Below are positions 1 to 12,600 of a stretch of 64,000 bases of DNA, in pieces. The notes beneath the pieces were generated by a model. It saw nothing but the letters and a program-made list of their open reading frames with translations. It had not been told where the DNA came from and made no database searches. Within the stretch, counting starts at the first letter, position 1, and each line of letters starts with the position of its first letter. The stretch covers positions 184,248 to 248,247 of the forward strand of contig NMRA01000611.1 in assembly GCA_002633005.1 (NCBI GenBank). The letters run 5' to 3'. Origin of the DNA: Phoronis australis (taxonomy: Eukaryota > Animalia > Phoronida). Position numbers and translations under genes: made by a program.

Positions 1-917
1 GATTTAACGCAAATCACCTAATTCCAAATTGAAGTTTATCTCATTCTGGTTGATACAACTGAGTAGACAGCTGTAATTTCTTAACGCCCACTCCTGGATT
101 GTTTGAAAGTTTACAATGCAGTGTTCTCCTGTTAACACCCACCTATAATTTACATAGTTGAGGTTTACAGCAAAAATTCTCCAGTTTGAGACTGGGAAAA
201 ATTAATTGTTTTGGTCTAAGTTGGAGCTTGTACAAAATGAGCGATTTTATTGACTGTCCCAAATTCGAGAATTATGAGAAAGACAAACTTTGTTTAGGGA
301 GTTATTTTGGACAATTTTATTTCAAACTTCATTATTGATACTAAATCCAGTCACTAATATTTGAAAATATGATGAATATCAACATTACACATATCCGAAT
401 CTGCCGAATCAACTTTGGCTTGAATTTCAGTGTATCAAACTAAAGAATTTTTACCCCAATGTCTTTTTTTAGTGCCCATGAGTTTCAACTACACAGGTAA
501 GAACAATAATGATTTATCTGAATGTCAGCATTACAACTTTCTGCTCAGGGTTACTTAATGTGTTCAATGGGGTTACAACAACTAGCCAGTCACAACTATC
601 AGCAAATACCATTAATAGTAATGTACCTGGTGACTTTTATGTACCACTCAGTGCGCTTTAAATTTCTTTTTCTTGCTATGTAAAGCAACTGGCATGAATG
701 AAGCGTACTGTGTGTTTTATTCAAATCAGACATGCGGTAATTATCAACTCAAATTTTCTCTAATTTTTTCTAACATTACTATTAAGTTGAAGAGCTGTTC
801 CTGCTTTTCAATTTACCACTAGATGGCTATACTAATTACATAACTGTCAAGTCTTCCTAAAAACTTGACTATATCCATGTGAATGACCCATTTTGAAGTG
901 GTATTGGTACTTAGTTA

Positions 918-2105
918 TCATTTTGTGCATACTACACAGGTCAGTTCACGTCCGTTCACATAATTTGGACAAGGTAGTGCTCCACAGTGCGCCTCGACAT
1001 TATAAAACAGTGCTCCGTTAGTGTTAGGTTCACCTCCAGAGATCACCTCTGGGGCTTCATCTACACAATTGAATGATGACTTATGATGACTATAGTGCCC
1101 CGCCATTAGGTATCCACTGTACTCTTTGGTCCAGGTGGCAGGACATTCTCTCCAGGCTGGAATCATGAGTTGAGAGGCTCTCGACGGGGTGTAGCATACA
1201 GCACAGGGTGCGTTGTGATCATTCAGGTTTGCACCATTTGCGTTTACCAGAGAAAACACGTTAAACACGTGGGTCTCATATTCAGTTCCATGTATAAAAG
1301 AATTACTCTGGAAGCCATCTTTGTATTTTCCCCATTGTGGATCATGTGGGAGACAAAGCTTCTCACTTCCACCTCCAGAGTGACTGTAATAAGAACTTGC
1401 TACAATCCCATCATACAACAGTGTGGACGTTGCTGGACAAGTTGTACGTCCCCACCGTGTGTACACAGCTCCGCCTGCAGTCCCATTGAGGTACTTTACT
1501 TCAGGTTTTGCCTTAAGTGCTGACAGTGTGGTCTCCTGGAATATACTCAACACTCTCTTCAATTCTTCTGCTTTCATCCCATCGGCACCTGGAGGGCCAC
1601 GTTGACCGTCACGCCCATCTCGTCCAGGGGGTCCTTGAAGACACCGAGACTGGGTCACGTCTCCTGTATTGGGGTTATCGGCAGACCGCCTTTGTCGGGA
1701 AATTGGTGTTGTTTGGTTCCGGTCAAGATTATTTTTGTCAGGAGTATTGTTTATGATATCGTTGCCATGTTTACTTAGTATCGTTGCATGCATGATTCTA
1801 AGACGTCGCTCTGTTTTTATTTCTGTCAGAGAAAGGCGAATCTGCAGGCGATTGTTCTCTTCCTTGAGTTTTGCTAATTCCGAGTACAGTGTTGTTTGAT
1901 GTTCCACTAGTATGTTATCTTTGAGCTTGTCTTGGAATACATCATACTTCTTGACTGTCTTGTCCTGCAGTTGTTGTACCTCAAAGAGAACGTAGATGGC
2001 CAGTCCAAAACTGACCAAGGCTAACAACAAGAAGCCAGCCAAAATGGCCACCACTGATGCTGTGTACCGTCTTCCATGTTTGTCTTTGGTCTCTGATTGT
2101 CTCAT
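918..2105 (-). CDS. Type II membrane protein with short collagen repeat and C-terminal short-chain collagen C4-like domain (copy 1, intronless CDS)
   Basis: 395-aa ORF. N-terminal TM (VVAILAGFLLLALVSFGLAIYVLF), coiled coil, furin-like RQRR, GPPGRDGRDGQRGPPGADG, then the Cys-rich domain YTRWGRTTCP...GGGSEKLCLP...PCAVC...WTKEYSGYLM...LPCPNY...ELTCVVCTK typical of invertebrate short-chain collagen C4-like proteins. Confidence 0.9.
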   Translation of the reverse strand: MRQSETKDKHGRRYTASVVAILAGFLLLALVSFGLAIYVLFEVQQLQDKTVKKYDVFQDKLKDNILVEHQTTLYSELAKLKEENNRLQIRLSLTEIKTERRLRIMHATILSKHGNDIINNTPDKNNLDRNQTTPISRQRRSADNPNTGDVTQSRCLQGPPGRDGRDGQRGPPGADGMKAEELKRVLSIFQETTLSALKAKPEVKYLNGTAGGAVYTRWGRTTCPATSTLLYDGIVASSYYSHSGGGSEKLCLPHDPQWGKYKDGFQSNSFIHGTEYETHVFNVFSLVNANGANLNDHNAPCAVCYTPSRASQLMIPAWRECPATWTKEYSGYLMAGHYSHHKSSFNCVDEAPEVISGGEPNTNGALFYNVEAHCGALPCPNYVNGRELTCVVCTK

Positions 2106-2639
2106 TGTTAACGTTTGACGGTTGACTGAAGGTTGAAAGGTGACCCATGTATTATATAAACTGATATGTGCCGAGTTATTTACTCATGAATCTGATTCAC
2201 CTTTGGATATTTAGTTTTCCATATATTTTGTGCAGGCTTTCATCAAATCATGCTTGTGGTCTTTGGTGCTATATATCTCATGAGTGATAAAGATATTAAG
2301 TAATGGCGGGCTTTGAATCAAAAGTAACAAATTTTGCATTTTTCCTGAATTAACTGCTTCAAAGAGCATTAAGTTCAGAAGTGCGAAAGTTGCATAGTCT
2401 CAGTAATCGTCCATTTGATTTATGTACTCATTGTAAGATCCCTATTTTCATTTTTTAAGAAAAGTTCTTGTCATTGTTGCGAGTGCCCACAAATTTTCAA
2501 ATTGTCTGATGGCAGTTGCAGAACAGAATTTAAATATGGAAATTTGAAAGCGCTGAAATCATTACATGTCTTTATACGGCCATGCAACGACTATATCATT
2601 TGGTCCATCAGGTCTTTGTGTTGCTGATGAGAATTAGGC

Positions 2640-3503
2640 CACGACTGAGGTTGACTTTCGGATGGGTCCAACTACTGTGTTGCCCCCTCGTGGCGATTTT
2701 GTTTTTTGCATCTGTGGCTGATACTCCTTTACCCTTTGAAGGAACTTTGTGAAATTTGAAAGATGTATTTATATGGAGCCATCAACAAACAGTATTGAGT
2801 GTCGAACTGATCCAGACACCATTGGGCCCCCTACTGGCAATTTTTTTTTCGTTTGCCCCTGTATCTTTGGATTTCAGTAATGTATTTTCTTGGAATTTGG
2901 AAAATAAGTTTCTATTAAAGAGACAACAACACCTTCCCATTTTCGGACAGATTAAATTTTGATTTTTCTACACCACCTGCATGTTTTTGACGTCTGCCTC
3001 TCTATCTGCCAAACCACTCAAAGAACAATTTAATTATGAAAATTGAAGGTTGACATGTGTTCCTCATGCGAAGACCCTGGCTGACGTTGATATCTGCATG
3101 TTTTTTTACTATTCTGGCACCCCTTAGGGGCAGTTTTGCTTTTTGAGTCTCCTTTAACCCATTGAAATATCTTGGTGAAATTTGGCAGATGTTCTTCTAT
3201 ATAGATGGCAACAGATGACAATGGGTTTCAGACCAATCGGACTATAGTTGTGACCCCTAGGTCAATTGTTTTTTACTTTAACTTTGCCTATATATCTTAT
3301 GAGTTCCGTGAATTACTTTCATGAAATTTGGTTTAAGTCAGTTGTGTTTTACAGAGACGATTCTACCTTCAATCAATTCACATGGATTTGACGCATTCTG
3401 TGCCATCTAATGGCTATCTTTATGATAATAAAACACCCATAGAAGCACACTGTTTGCACAGTGTTTAGTGGGCGCATTTCAACCCTCTGCGTTGCTCTTG
3501 TTT
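2640..3503 (-). repeat. Same HINE-like family, reverse orientation
   Basis: Ends GTTGCTCTTGTTT (reverse complement of the head) and carries reverse-complement core motifs. A further fragment lies at ~7925-8375. Confidence 0.55.
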
Positions 3504-3660
3504 AAAACGTGGTAAAATAAATTTCCCTTACTGCTCCGTTGTGTATTGAATTGGTGAGATTTGATAGTAAAGCATCACCAACTTTTGTCCATTTCTCTTC
3601 AGAATGTTATTTTTTTCTTTTTTGTCTTTTAATGACAACTTTGAATGTCTCTTATTTCAG

Positions 3661-6600
3661 ATTGCCAAGACTCACTTGGACTTTGTGGTACTTCACCAGT
3701 TCCCTGAGCTATATGCAGATGTGCTTGTACTCCTGTTAAAAGGTTAGATAACATTTTGCAACCCCAAGATGATTCACTGATGCGAACAAAATTGACTGCC
3801 AAAATTGCTGTTTTCTGTAGTGGTCACACTCATTGGGGTCCTGCAGTTTTAGAACCAGTTTTCTACTGAATAACGGGCGTGAAACTGGTTCTCAAAATAC
3901 AGAATGCCTATGAGTGATTATTGCCCCTTTTTCGCTTTCAATAAGGCTTCTGAAATTGTTGCGATTGCCCACAATTGTTTATTTTTATTATCTGGTGGCA
4001 GGTTCAGCTTCAAAACTGATTCTACTTAGTGATAAAAATATAAAAGTTCGCTTTTTCATCTTTTTTTGTTTTACGCTTTGCCATTAGCTACTGACACCTT
4101 CTGTTGAGTTTGGTACATTTTGAAGGTCAGTAGGAATCTTTTTAGTAATTTTATTGCCATTTCACTTGAAATTTAACTGAGGTGTAGTATGTAAATTTCC
4201 ACAATTTTCATTAGGGACCTAGTACAGGGGAAATTTCAACCCAAACCCCAATTAAGTTAACGTGAAATGAAATTCAAGTTTTAATTACCCCTTTCCCTGC
4301 CAACACAGTAGAGAGCCATCTGGCTTGGCTGCCAACATTCAACAGGCACATAGTTTTATGACATTATGGGTGTCATAAAGGATTACATTAGGTTATTGAG
4401 CAGCCAAAACATCTGGACTGAATTCAATGAGCTATAATTTTGGTTCCCATTAGCAAACTTCAGTCATCTGACTATCATCATCAGACGGTCAGTTTTTACC
4501 CTTACTGGGTTCTTCATGTTTTGGGTAATGGAAAGAACTAAAATTTTAGATTCAGAATTGGTATTTTAATCCCCTGTCTATGCTCAGTTGCCAAACATTG
4601 GTGAATTTTTATGTGGTATGCAATACTTTCAGGTTCATGTGAAGGCCACCTGCATCCCAACGTCTGGGATAAGTACATGGTGACGATGGGCTGCAAGTCT
4701 TACCCCACATGTGGACATTTCTATCAACAGTCCTTACATGACCACCCGAACAGTGTGATATCATTACAGCAGGTTTGTGGCTTGATTTTACTTTCGTTTG
4801 TAACCATAGCGATATTGAAATTTTATCAAGTCAGCATTCATGGTGCTATCTATTACGAAGTTTTCCAATTGAAATTTCATGCAGGAAAACGGAAGCAGTA
4901 ATGATCGCAAACACACACTTTAGGATTGTTCACGTGCTCGATTTCTGCTTGTATAGCCCCGTCCTCCATTGAACTCTCTGATTTGCTGGCTGAGGTAGAA
5001 AAGTTCATTGCAACCTATTTTTTTAACAAAATGTCAAGCGCTCCTGTGTTGATTAATAAACTTGAAGAACAATTTAAATTCCACATGCACCTCTGCCATT
5101 TATCCCTTTGCCACTTTTTTGTCAATATTGCAACTCAAAATGCTACACAGCATGGTGAATTATGTAGTAATTATGAGTGATTATGGCTATTCTGAATGCT
5201 TGTGAAGGAACAGGAAATGTGCTTGAAAGTTGTTGCATTGTGGGTAAATGCCTAAGGGTGAGATTGAAGTTGTGCCATTTCAGGAGGGGCCTATTTTTAG
5301 GACAGGGTTTGCACGCTTTTTAATGTTTTATCACTATTTCCATAAGTGTGTCTGTGTGGAACCCTGCAGCCCACCATTTCAGTGTTAGCCTTACAAATAT
5401 GGAGAAATATGCTGACCAGTTCATAGAAATCACGATAGATGGCACTTGCAGCATGGGTGCGAATTGGTTGGGATTTACGGAGTTGCCAAACTGTTTAGAC
5501 ATTTTTAAGACATCATAAGTGAGAAATTTTGTTCTGTTAATAGGTGCTAGAGACCCTGGAATGGCTAGCAAACTATTTCCAGCAGGCAAGAACTGCTGAA
5601 CCATCCCACGAGCCTTTTGGTCTGTATCCCCGCTGGTCTCATTACCTGAAGCCAGTCGCTTGTGTCATCGGATATTTGTGCGGCATTCTCATCACTCGCG
5701 GTCCAGCAAGTTTCAGCATTTCTAACCACAATCCAGAGTCGGGTATGATTTTTTTGAAATGTAGATGTCCTGACTTTTAATGAGTACATTCTGTACCTCT
5801 TCAGTCAATTTAGCATCAATTTGCATACATACCAATTTCCTACAGTTTTAATCCAAGAGACTTTGATAAAAACGGCAAGATCTTCTTTAGGCTGCATTTG
5901 ATAGCAGTATGAAAGTTTTTTCTTGAAATCAGATGGAATTTTTTTTATTCCTTAAATAATGCTGCAAGTTAGTATTAAACATGGCAGCACCGATATTGTG
6001 CAAAATCCAATTAGATCTTATGTGCATGGCAGAAGTGAAAGTTTCACTTCTTACATATATGCCCGCTAATGTTGCGGTAATTAAGAGAGGGTCATGAAAG
6101 TCACCAGGTCATGATTTGTAAAAGTTGTCCACATAGGAATTTTCTCTAGTTAAACCTCTATGTTTTAACCTCAGATGAAAGTTCAAAGCTCTATGATACG
6201 TAAGTTGTCTGGTTATATCCATAGAGTATAATGCTCTGTATAGACTTATCTTTTACTGGGAACCGACTGGTGCACGGTTTATGACATAATTCAGGGATTG
6301 CAGAGATGACCAGGCAGCCCATGTGGACCGTGGAACTTAAGAGATATTGTGTTCATAACAGGGTAAAAAAATCTAACGCTTGGGTCACGCTCTCAAATTT
6401 GGGACACTGAGAAATTCAAACAAAAATTTTGATTTTCTTGATCCAAGGATTGGGACATGGGCTATTTTGGCATTCATCATATTTGTCAAATATCAAGCAC
6501 CGCGTTATGTGTCACTTTGCCATTCATAATTGGAAATAACTGCGGATGCATTGTTTTCGTGCATCCTCAATGTGTAATATCGAGATCAATGATGTTTTCG

Positions 6601-9600
6601 ACTGGTCTTGTCATGTGTTTCATCATATAACTGCAAAACATGTATCATTTATCGAATCACATTAATTCTAGAATTACGGACTTGGGTAATTTTGTTGCTA
6701 TTTTATTAAATTTTTAAGTTTGAGACAACCAATATCGCCTGTTCTTTTAAAATTTGGTACAAGCTGTGGGTCTTTTTCACTGTCCCAAACTGGAGAACTT
6801 TCAGCGCAAGAATCAATCTTCTACTTACATTCGGTTGATTGAGCAACTTGGATTTTTCGTCTTGCTTAAGACTGCTGCGACGATGCAATCAAGGAGTGTA
6901 CGAGTATAGGAGAGTTCACTCCGCCATTTTACCATTCGCCGCAATGGTTACCGGTCGAAACACTAGCGCTCCAAGCGGTGAATAATCAATACTTACTTAG
7001 GAGCGCAGTCCGAACAATGTAAACACTGATGAATTCATACTTTAATGACGTTCAACGTGCAATAAAATTACTGTGTGATTGAAAATGGTTAGAATACGTA
7101 AACTAACATCCACTTATAATCGNCGGCGCTAGTAGTAGCGGTAACAGCGAACTCGCAAGTGAACTCTCCTATACTACTACACTCCTTGATGCAATGTTGT
7201 AATGATTATTATAATAAGTTAAATTTGTGTCTTCCAAAGCATACACTCTTTGTTAAATTGTATTGAATATCGATTTGTTCATTATTAAATCGTAAAGTGA
7301 TGCCAGTGCATGTCATTTCAGTACTGTCTAGGATATGGGGTGAAGTGATCAGGGTCTTCTCTCCATGGATCGCTCCATTGGACAGAGGAGCTGTCACTCA
7401 TTGTGCGTGGGTGGAGTCTGACAGCGAGTCAGCTGGCCGTTTTGTAACAGTCTTTGTTGAAGCAGCTCTTCTTCTTCACCGACAGTTTGAAGGTACTGAA
7501 ATTAACGAAAAATTAAGTTTAAATTCTTGGTATTTGTATGCTGTGTTAAAGCATTCGTTTTGTTCAATGGACATATTGTTGTCTTGTATATGGTATATGT
7601 AACTACTTATTCAATTTGCGCAACTCCAGATCTCTGTGGCTGCCTGTGTCTCACGAGTGTTAAGTGTCACTGAACCTGTCCCAGATGATATCGGGCCCCG
7701 TTCATGAAAAAAACTTGTGCTCATGTCTTAAGTCAGAAATTCTGTCTTGCACTCTCACTTCACTGTAACCAAATAAATTTTTACCTGATTACATATCACT
7801 TTGAGTCTATCCTCTGGGACTTTGAACTTTGCTAATAAAAGTGAAATTATTTTTTCGTAAGTAGTTTTAGAGCATAAGGTGAATTTCCAACTTAAGCAGT
7901 CACTTTCCATGCGCCCACATATTTATATAGGCATCTATTGGTGAAATGACAATATCATCTTGTTTTTGGATGGAATCGAGGTATTTTGCGCCACCTAGTA
8001 GCCATTTTTACTGTTCTCAAATCTTGTTTTTGGTGTCCACCCCTCGATCGTAAATGTTTTCAGTGTGAAGAGGATTGGCTTCTGTGGCGCCTTCTAGTGG
8101 TAGTTTTGTTTTGTTTTTCACCCATAGCTGTATATCCAAAACGCACTGCAGGATCTTTATTAAATTTAGTATCAATGTGAATTTATAAGAAGATAACAGA
8201 CGGCGACTTTCAGGCGGATCGAACGGACGCAGTGCCCACTAGTGGCAATTTCATTTTGTTCTGTTTTCTTTTATTTCTCTGAAGTTCCTTGACAGATTTT
8301 TATGAAATATGGGATATTTCTGTTTTTGGATGGATTGTACATTTTTGCGCCATCTAGTGGCCATTTTTATGATACGTTATGAAATGAACTCAGTTGATGC
8401 CCTGAATGGGTGTGGTAGCTGTCTAGTTAACTCTGAGCAGTGATAAAAGGTTGCTATAATTATACAACAGAATGATTGTGTGCTATGGCAGGCCAAGGTG
8501 GGGGGTTGACCTCAATATGCAATGTACATTAACGTTTGGGTACTAAGTCTTTAACGACAATAATTATTGTTCTTGATTTCAAGAGTTGTTATTAATTAGT
8601 TCTTGAACTTCAGTGCCCATTACTTCTACTTATATTGTAGGTTCACTGCCGGTATTCTCTCACAACATTCCCTCCCTCGTGTTCGACTACTACTCTAAGC
8701 AGATTGCTTGCCCTGGTTGTCCAGAGTATGTGCTGCAAGTATTTCACTTTAAGTTTGCTCGCCTTCCATGGAATCAGTTTAGACCAAGTGTCGATGCTCT
8801 CGATTACATGACCAAGGTATTTGCGAACTTATAATGTTGCAGTTTCATTCAGAATTTACCACAAATTTTCTGTAACGTGTAACTGAAAATTTTTACTTGT
8901 TATTAGTTACAAGCAGACTCGACTTACTTTGTGACTTTTACATTTTAATATTTCAGTTTCACTTTGGGTGCGGTTGCTGGATATCAACAACATCATGTTC
9001 TCACGTGACACACTGCCGTCGTTGAAAATCTTTTTAATGTCGTAAAACATTCTTAATTGTCTATTGGATAATGTTTTCACATTTTTTATATTGCATTCGG
9101 TTTCCCTTGATAGTTGTGTGATCAGAGTCATCCGAACTCCCCCGGCAAGTACAGCTGCCTACAATTCCTAGCGAGCATTGCTCCCTCCCTGCCCTGGGGT
9201 GAGATGGTCCAGTTCTACGCCCAGTACGAGCCACCTGAGATCACCATGCGCTTCCATGCCCACCTGCTGCAGCTGCTCGTCCAGATATTCCTGGAAAGCT
9301 CTGTGCTTCAACTATCTGAGGTGAGACTCGTGGTCATTCTGATCCCTGCCTGGGTTTTAGCCTTCACTCATTACAAAAGACTGTTGTGTTAATTATGAAC
9401 TACCAACTTCATGTTCTTGTTTCAAGTGGTTTCTTTGCCTGTATGTCTGTATAATGGACTGATCCGTAGGGTGATTCCAGGTCGTATTGACTTCGGGAGA
9501 GTATTGCTCCATGTGACTAGATTGCCTGAGGGACCAGTCGCTTTTCTTCTGATTTGTTTGTTCTGTTTAGTTTCTCAATAGATTATTGTTCTTGTTTGCT

Positions 9601-12600
9601 TTCATGTATTGACATTGCCTGCTCGCTTTGTAGTCCAAGAATTAGGATTTCTATAGCATCTGAGTGGTCATGTCGCGAGTAGCGACATCTGGCGTCATGA
9701 ACGGAAAGTGGGATTCTTCATCTAGCTTAGTCAGTATTACTTTGTATCAGAGATTACCTTACAGTTTTTTAGCCAATCCGAAGGTATCAGTGGTCAAAGA
9801 CATGTAATGTATCATGATACTCAGGGAGAGTTCGCAGTCCATCACTGCATTATACAATGATATCATTGTTACTCGTTTCTGTACTTGTGACCTATCAATT
9901 GTTAAATAACAAAAGTCATGTTATGGACGATTTTTTGTACTATTTTTCACACCATGTCCTTAAACTGCATGTCAACAACCTTAGATTTAATCATCTCGTC
10001 TCTGATGCTCATCGTTTGTGAGGCTCCCATTCAAACACGATGTTCACCGGCATGTGACTAGCACTGCATTTAGCATCTTGTCTTCTTGTGCTCAGTTTTG
10101 AGTACACGGAAAGAAATTCATGCATGAGTGTGAATGTGTTGAGGTCCTTATGGAAACCAGTGATCAATGGAGAAGACATAATTGACTTCAGCTGGTGAGC
10201 CATTATAGAGACCTTCATGAGACAACTCCTACGCTAACATTTAGGGTCTTGTTACACCAACACCTATACAAGCCTAAGCCAGACCGTGGTTAACCCTTAA
10301 TAATAAATTAAAAAATTAATGGTTGTGGCTTAGCCGTGATGCTCGCTAATTTGTGTAATGATGCATCGATTTTATAAATTCAAAGACAGCTAATTTTTAC
10401 TGTTCAATTTCAAAAACAGTAGTGTTGGTGGTTTGCCTTTATTCCATTGTTTGTTTTTTTGACATTGAAACTGGTATGCTAAATAGGTGCGTTGGTTTAC
10501 AACCGGCATTATCTCCTCGAATACATTCAGCCAAGCCCGTGAATAGGCTCTAGCTTACTTTAATCTATAACGGCGCCATCAAGCCTTTGATGGGCCAAGG
10601 AATTTGCTGGACACTCTGGGGTATACAGCGTGTGCTTTCTCGTCCACTTGTGTGCAAGTCCTTGTAGCGTAAGATTTACCTTATGTTGTCAAGTGTTCTC
10701 ATTTAATTGCATTTATTTTTTATTGATCTCATTCTAGTCTCAAGTGGACTCCCTGTCTATGCTAGCTCTGGATGCAGAGCAGTTCTACTGGCATTTCTTA
10801 GATGACGTCAGCTACAAGTCCATCATTGAGATCTTCTTGCTCAACTGTGATCCACGCTGTGTCCTGGCTGAACGCACAGCTACTGTGGCCCAGGCTTTCA
10901 GGTAGGACATAGAGACTGTGATGTCTTTCCTGTAGTTTAAGATGGAGTGACGTTGAAACATGCTGAGACCACTACGATGTTTTCAAGCCGGCAAAAGCCA
11001 TAATGGAGAATTGTCCCTTCTCTGACTCGTAGATAACTTTGTTTCCACATATCTGTCATTAGAAATCTGAAAAATGACGATTATAATGTCTGCGGGTGGA
11101 CAACATGGAAAATGAGAAAAGGATAAATTTAAAATTAATAGAAAATTTGATATTGGAAAAACATCCATTGGTTTATCCATTCAATGAGGCTTCTTCTACT
11201 GAATCAATCTTTCCGAGTGCTGGCGTCATGATTTTGTTAAGCAAAACACAACTTAATCTTTGTACTGTATTGTAGGCTTCTGCGATTGGCTGCTGGTTTC
11301 ATGCCCCTTACAGGGGTGCAGGTGCATGCGAAGACGTTTGAAAAACAACGCTGCTTTATTCAGAGTTACGTGCGGTTGATTGCTCAGTGCACACGTCTGT
11401 CCAATAGTCACCTTGGTGCGGTACAACTGGTGTTGACCAACCTCTTAACAGACTGTGAGACTGTGCTCAGCTCTGGTAGGTTAGGCGTTGCATTCTGATT
11501 GCATGATTTTTTGCTTAGTTAATGCACATAATGAAAAAATATTAAAATATTTTGTCATATTTTTCAACTAAAATTTACATCCAAGAAAGTTCTCTTGCAT
11601 GGTGAGTATGGAGGAACACATTTTATAAAATTTTGAATATTCTTTGCACAATTCTGCCTATTTTGTAACAATTTAGTTTGCCTTTGAAAATACAGAATTC
11701 TGTGATTCTTAGCATTAACCATACTTTCAATAGAGTTTACAATTATTCCCTTATCGAGGCTCATAATGCACCGGAAGAGGTCAATTAGTGGAAAGGTCAT
11801 CAAAATATTAACATGAAATTTCTCCTACAGTTTTAAAGAATTCCTTTTCGTATTGGTAAACGGGTTGCTGTCAGTAACTTCCCATAACAATTCTAGTAAT
11901 ACACAGGCACAGAGTCCGTTATTGTCACGCCGTGATAATAATCTTTCTAGTTATTGCTGTAATTATTTTTGACATGCACCAAGTTGGGGCAAAATGTTTT
12001 CTGATCTGTGTATTGGTAGACAGTAGTTTTGCCATGTCTTAAGGCAATGGTTTAGCACTTACTCTCGATGTTATGGAAATCAATCTGAGTCTTACGTTGA
12101 TTCCATGTTTGCTACCTTGGCAAACGAACTGCATAAATTTACATTTGTCATGTTCAACTTACTTGTTTGCAACTAAATCTTTTGTGTCAGTTTTTGAAGC
12201 TCATTAAAATCAAGACAATGTGAAAGGCTGCTACTTGTTCTAGTTCAATTTTTAAAATTTGGTTTGGTCACATCAGAAGTATTCTGAAGTTTTTCGTTGT
12301 TTTCATGATTTTGATTATCTCAATTTCTGTTAGTATGCAGCTGGTACCATGTTTGTTTAAACTTGAGGAAATTATACATTGCTCAAAAAAATTAATATGC
12401 TGTACTATATATTAAATCCCTGGCTTCAGTAGTGAACAACCAGGGCAAATTTGTGTCTGAAAATTCATCCAAAATTATTTGATCAAATTTTACAAATGAA
12501 ATGCAGCAGCTGTAAAATCTTCTGGACGGTCTTCATACTTTAGGTGAGGTCAATAAAACTTCCTCTGTCTTTTCCCATAGTTATCAAGTAAGAGTTGCCT

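Noticed and set aside
473-496. Candidate EPG5 micro-exon (TTTTAG...CAG|GTAAGA)
   Set aside because: Joining it directly to the phase-0 exon at 3661 puts a TGA in frame, and no convincing bridging exon was found.
1170-1899. Short overlapping or antisense ORFs repeated in each collagen-like gene
   Set aside because: Shadow frames of the conserved real CDS; their recurrence simply reflects paralogy.
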